A model generated the notes under the pieces. The model ran no database searches. It was not told the DNA's origin and was given only the letters and a program-made list of their open reading frames with translations. A stretch of 20,000 nt of DNA, taken from an uncultured virus (IMG/VR IMGVR_UViG_3300027848_000016). Taxonomy: Duplodnaviria > Heunggongvirae > Uroviricota > Caudoviricetes. Position 1 is the stretch's first letter. Every line of letters starts with the position of its first letter. Both the position numbers and the translations under genes were made by a program. The stretch lies in IMG/VR virus record IMGVR_UViG_3300027848_000016. The stretch is one strand, 5' to 3'. This document shows, piece by piece, positions 16,511 to 20,000 of the stretch.

Positions 16511-17517
16511 AATTCGCTATAAATGTCCATAAGTGTTTTTTTGTTGAAGTTATCTGAGTCAATTGCAGCGATTTCGCCAGCAACAATTTGATCTACACTT
16601 TCAAACTGTGCAATGTCTAATTGAGTACTAATATCTTCTAGTGACTTTTGTGGAATCAAACTAATTTCACGACAGTTGTATTGAGTAATGAATGTTTCCT
16701 TAATGAAACTTGCTTCTTCATAGCTGATAGGCAAGTCCAAGTTGACACGCAAGTACATATTGGGCTTAATAAACGTAGTTTGCTCGTCAATAAGTTTGCT
16801 AAGTTTAACTGTACGATACTTTGGACACTCTGGCCAGTTAATGTACTGTGGTTCCTTATCGTTTTCACGATCGAGTACCATCATACCACGGTCATCGTCC
16901 CATGTATCAGCATAGTTGTGCGGAAATGCATTACCAATGTAATGCACTGCACCTTGTTGTTGACGTTTGTGGAAGTGTCCGCTAAAAACATACTTTTGAT
17001 TAACAAAATCTTCTGCACGTAGCTCACCATGATCGGGCATTTGTACCATTGCGTTCATAAAAAACGTAGGAAGTTCAAAGTGACCAAATATATACTTGCT
17101 TTTTAGATGTTTTAGCTTTTTCCACTCGTCGCCTACTAGCCAAGGAACAATAGTTACATCGTCTATGGTGGTAATTTCGTCAACAAATGTAATACCTGGA
17201 ATGTGTTTAGCAAACGCAGTTGAATTAACAGTGCGCTTGTCTTTGTAATACAGGTCATGATTACCATCAAAGAAGAAAAACTGCTCAAAAGCAGCACCTA
17301 GCTTCTCCATACTACGGATAGTTGCATCCATAGTAGTAAGATTTAATGAATTTCGATTGTGATGCCAGTCGCCGCAAAAGATACCAGTTTCACAACCGTT
17401 GGCTTTTGCAGTTTTGATGAACCAATCAACAAAATCTTCACAATCTTGATTGTGAATCTTTGAATTACCCTTTAATCCAAAGTGTATGTCTGTAAAGACT
17501 GCTGCTTTTTTAAACAA
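16507..17517 (-). CDS. gp47: Recombination endonuclease nuclease subunit (SbcD/Mre11), T4 gp47-like
   Basis: Metallophosphoesterase motifs TDIHFG, GDWHH, GNHD, GHFE and SGHFH; TTG start after GGAG. Confidence 0.95.
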   Translation of the reverse strand: MFKKAAVFTDIHFGLKGNSKIHNQDCEDFVDWFIKTAKANGCETGIFCGDWHHNRNSLNLTTMDATIRSMEKLGAAFEQFFFFDGNHDLYYKDKRTVNSTAFAKHIPGITFVDEITTIDDVTIVPWLVGDEWKKLKHLKSKYIFGHFELPTFFMNAMVQMPDHGELRAEDFVNQKYVFSGHFHKRQQQGAVHYIGNAFPHNYADTWDDDRGMMVLDRENDKEPQYINWPECPKYRTVKLSKLIDEQTTFIKPNMYLRVNLDLPISYEEASFIKETFITQYNCREISLIPQKSLEDISTQLDIAQFESVDQIVAGEIAAIDSDNFNKKTLMDIYSEL

Positions 17518-17550
17518 AAGTTATTGCTCCATAAATTTGTATATCTTTAT

Positions 17551-17579
17551 AGTATACAGGTTAATGTTAATAGTGTCAA
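17551..17579 (-). promoter_or_regulatory. Sigma70-type promoter for gp47-gp46
   Basis: TTGACA (17579-17574), 17-nt spacer, TATACT (17556-17551). Confidence 0.85.
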
Positions 17580-17583
17580 GAGA

Positions 17584-18411
17584 TTATTTGTTACCTAGTT
17601 CTTTTTCTCTACGTTGTTGTGCTTCCCACTCGCCTTGATTTTGTCGTGTAAAGCTAGGATTCATGTTGTTCATTTCTAAAATATCATCACGAATGTTTTG
17701 ATTACGCTTTTCAATGTTAATAACACGCACAAAACTGTTAGTAACTGCGGCTGTATAGTATGCAAACGGATTATCTGACTTTGATTCGTCAAACTGCAAC
17801 CCGATTTGTGCTAACTGTAGGATAGCTTGCCCGCGCATTTCATCGTTATAAGTGTATCCACGTACATTACCACGAGTAGCATATCGATCACATAGTTTCA
17901 TCCACATAAGAGCAAGTTTATTTGTAGCCATACCGCCGCCTAGATTAAAATGTCCGTTTTCCATTCCGCTTGACCAATGACTTTTGCCCACACACTTTAG
18001 ATTATCTTCTTCATCAAACTTAAAATGTTGGAAAGGTGGAAAGTTAAGTTTTACTTTGTGATCGGCAACTGTCTTTGGTGTCTTCTTGCGCCCCGGCTCG
18101 TCTGGAACATGCTCAAATGTCATAATGCGAAATACTAATGAAGTTTTTTTAATTTTTCTGTAATCAATTTCGCACTCAGCAAGTTTAATTTTTTCTCCTG
18201 CTAGTTTACGAGCTTCAAATGCTTCGTGTTGTAAGCGTTTAGCTTGTACTCTTTTAGCTTCTGCAATAGTTCTAATATTGATTTTGTCAATATTAGGCAA
18301 AATAAGATCAAACTGATGATCAGTATTTGATACAAAGCTACAAAATGTACTCTTTGATTTGTGTATTTCTTTAAGTATATCTTTGTTATTTAAATAGTTA
18401 ACTTTTCTCAT
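17584..18411 (-). CDS. gp55: Late-transcription sigma factor, T4 gp55-like
   Basis: N-terminal NYLNNKD; YATRGNVRGYTYNDEM and FDESKSDNPFAYYT...NSFVRVINIEK motifs; adjacent to gp47 as in T4-like phages. Confidence 0.9.
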   Translation of the reverse strand: MRKVNYLNNKDILKEIHKSKSTFCSFVSNTDHQFDLILPNIDKINIRTIAEAKRVQAKRLQHEAFEARKLAGEKIKLAECEIDYRKIKKTSLVFRIMTFEHVPDEPGRKKTPKTVADHKVKLNFPPFQHFKFDEEDNLKCVGKSHWSSGMENGHFNLGGGMATNKLALMWMKLCDRYATRGNVRGYTYNDEMRGQAILQLAQIGLQFDESKSDNPFAYYTAAVTNSFVRVINIEKRNQNIRDDILEMNNMNPSFTRQNQGEWEAQQRREKELGNK

Positions 18412-18434
18412 GAACTCTCCAATAGTTATAATAC

Positions 18435-18463
18435 ATTATAATATACATACTTAATTTTGTCAA
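18435..18463 (-). promoter_or_regulatory. Consensus sigma70 promoter for gp55
   Basis: TTGACA (18463-18458), 17-nt spacer, TATAAT (18440-18435). Confidence 0.88.
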
Positions 18464-18470
18464 CTAAATA
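18464..18470 (+). promoter_or_regulatory. Late promoter variant (CTAAATA) for the baseplate operon
   Basis: TAAATA core just upstream of the AGGAG RBS and ATG 18492. Confidence 0.55.
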
Positions 18471-18570
18471 ACATATAGGAGACAACAAATAATGGCAATT
18501 AATTTCGGCGGCCTAAAACAACAGGCATTCAGCAGCACTTTCGTCAGCAGCATCGCAGGCTCGCAATTCA

Positions 18571-19377
18571 GTGTCTCCACAAGCATCAGCAGCAGTAAAC
18601 AACCTATTAGGTAGTGCTGCTAGTTTTGGTCAAGGATTAATTGGACAAGCTGGTAACGCAGTAAAAGGCATTGCTGAGGATATATTTAGTGCTAAAAACT
18701 TTATGAGTTTATTGCGTGGCGGCGGCCTTCCTAAGTTTGGTATGCCAGGAGCTGTTGGATTTTCAGAAGTTAGCTGGCAAGGAGCTGATAACGATGACTG
18801 GCGTGTCCGACTTTCTTTACCACCAGGTATGGGTTTAGAACCAACACTTTCGGCAGCATTAGCAGAAACAAACGGAATGATTTTTCCGTATACGCCTAGT
18901 ATTATTATGTCGCATAGTGCTACTTACAGCCAAGTTAAACCTACACACAGTAACTATCCTTTTCCTGTTTATCAAAGTAGTCAACCTGATAACATTCAGA
19001 TCAGTGGAGATTTTATTATTGAAAATGAATCAGAAGGAGTATATTGGGTAGCAATGGTACACTACTTGAGAAGTGTTACGAAAATGTCCTACGGTAATTC
19101 AAGCAATCAAGGTAGTCCGCCACCAGTAGTACAACTTAACGGCTACGGCGATTATGTTTTTAAAAATGTTCCAGTTGTAGTTCAACAATTTACTTGCGAA
19201 CTGCCGCCAGATGTAGATTATATCTACATACCCTCACTAGATACCTGGGCACCAACTAGATGCAACGTAGCAGTAGTATTGATGCCGACATACAGCAGAC
19301 GAGCTGTACAACAATTTAGCCTAGACAAGTTTGTCAGTGGCGGATATGCCAAAGGCAACGGACAAGGATTTATCTAA
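18571..19377 (+). CDS. Baseplate / tail-tube initiator protein (gp48/gp54-like); 5' end uncertain
   Basis: DWRVRLSL, FPYTPSI...Y....PTHSNY and GSPPPVVQLNGYG..VF.NVPVVV..F.CELP resemble tube-fold baseplate proteins; directly precedes the gp53-like gene. Confidence 0.65.
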   Translation: MSPQASAAVNNLLGSAASFGQGLIGQAGNAVKGIAEDIFSAKNFMSLLRGGGLPKFGMPGAVGFSEVSWQGADNDDWRVRLSLPPGMGLEPTLSAALAETNGMIFPYTPSIIMSHSATYSQVKPTHSNYPFPVYQSSQPDNIQISGDFIIENESEGVYWVAMVHYLRSVTKMSYGNSSNQGSPPPVVQLNGYGDYVFKNVPVVVQQFTCELPPDVDYIYIPSLDTWAPTRCNVAVVLMPTYSRRAVQQFSLDKFVSGGYAKGNGQGFI

Positions 19378-19679
19378 TGGCAAATTATATTGGAACTAGT
19401 CCTTGGTTTAACACACCTACACAAGAAGGTCAGTATCTTGACATTTTAAAAATACGACCTATCCCTGCAGAATCAGACGATGTATTAGTTACAATACAGC
19501 CTCAGTATACACATCGCCCTGATCTGTTAGCATTTGACTTATATGGCGATAAAGACTTATGGTGGGTTTTTGCCCAACGCAATATGGAAATACTTAAAGA
19601 TCCTGTATTTGATTTAATAGCAGGAATACAAATTTATGTACCCAAAGGCGCCGCATTATCAAAAGTATTAGGAATATAA
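19377..19679 (+). CDS. gp53: Baseplate wedge protein, T4 gp53-like (LysM-like)
   Basis: HRPDLLAFDLYGDKDLWWVFAQRN motif. Confidence 0.85.
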   Translation: MANYIGTSPWFNTPTQEGQYLDILKIRPIPAESDDVLVTIQPQYTHRPDLLAFDLYGDKDLWWVFAQRNMEILKDPVFDLIAGIQIYVPKGAALSKVLGI

Positions 19680-19680
19680 T

Positions 19681-20000
19681 ATGGCAGTAGTTCCGCAAAA
19701 TGTAGCGTCGAGATTAAAAGCAGCAGGAAAAAGTTTTTCTGATACTATTGATGCAGCTACCCCGCAACTAATTTCATCGGCTAAAAAGTTTGCGCAAAGC
19801 GGTAATATTTCAGTTGACGGAGTTTTAGATTCTGTATCGGGATCTGTACAAGACTTAAAAGGTGCAACAGTTAATCTTGCAAATAGTTTAAATGGGTTAA
19901 CTGGCCCAGGAATAGGACAAAGTTTAGTTGGTAACATTGCTAGTGGGTTAGGCGGCGGCATAATGGATAGAATTAAAGGCGGCCTAGGCGGATTTTTAGG
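19681..20000 (+). CDS. Next baseplate-operon protein, partial (runs off the right edge)
   Basis: ATG 19681 right after the gp53 stop, with AGGA upstream; open to the window end: MAVVPQNVASRLKAAGKSFSDTIDAATPQLISSAKKFAQSG... Confidence 0.7.
   Translation, partial: MAVVPQNVASRLKAAGKSFSDTIDAATPQLISSAKKFAQSGNISVDGVLDSVSGSVQDLKGATVNLANSLNGLTGPGIGQSLVGNIASGLGGGIMDRIKGGLGGFL

Noticed and set aside
15612..19961. Short ORFs 15612-15836, 16648-17022, 16656-16868 and 19668-19961
   Set aside because: They overlap gp46, gp47 or the partial plus-strand gene starting at 19681.

Overview
Structural and replication region of a T4-like (Tevenvirinae/Kyanoviridae-style gene set) myophage, probably uncultured. 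The minus strand carries a head module: tape-measure-like protein, intein-containing portal (gp20), two extra genes, an acidic core protein, prohead protease (gp21), scaffold (gp22), major capsid protein (gp23) and two virion proteins. The right half carries a gp26-like tail/baseplate chaperone, a probable internal head protein, a small GIY-YIG nuclease, gp46/gp47, the gp55 late sigma factor and baseplate genes. Main highlights: (1) a ~430-550 nt, heavily base-paired and apparently pseudoknotted non-coding RNA directly downstream of a stand-alone GIY-YIG nuclease; (2) a 420-aa HNH-type intein in the portal; (3) a canonical U UUU UUC -1 slippery site that would fuse the gp26-like ORF to a start-less gp51-like frame; (4) unusual late-promoter layouts, including leaderless, face-to-face and back-to-back with the gp55 sigma70 promoter. 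All family assignments come from motif recognition and synteny, not database searches.
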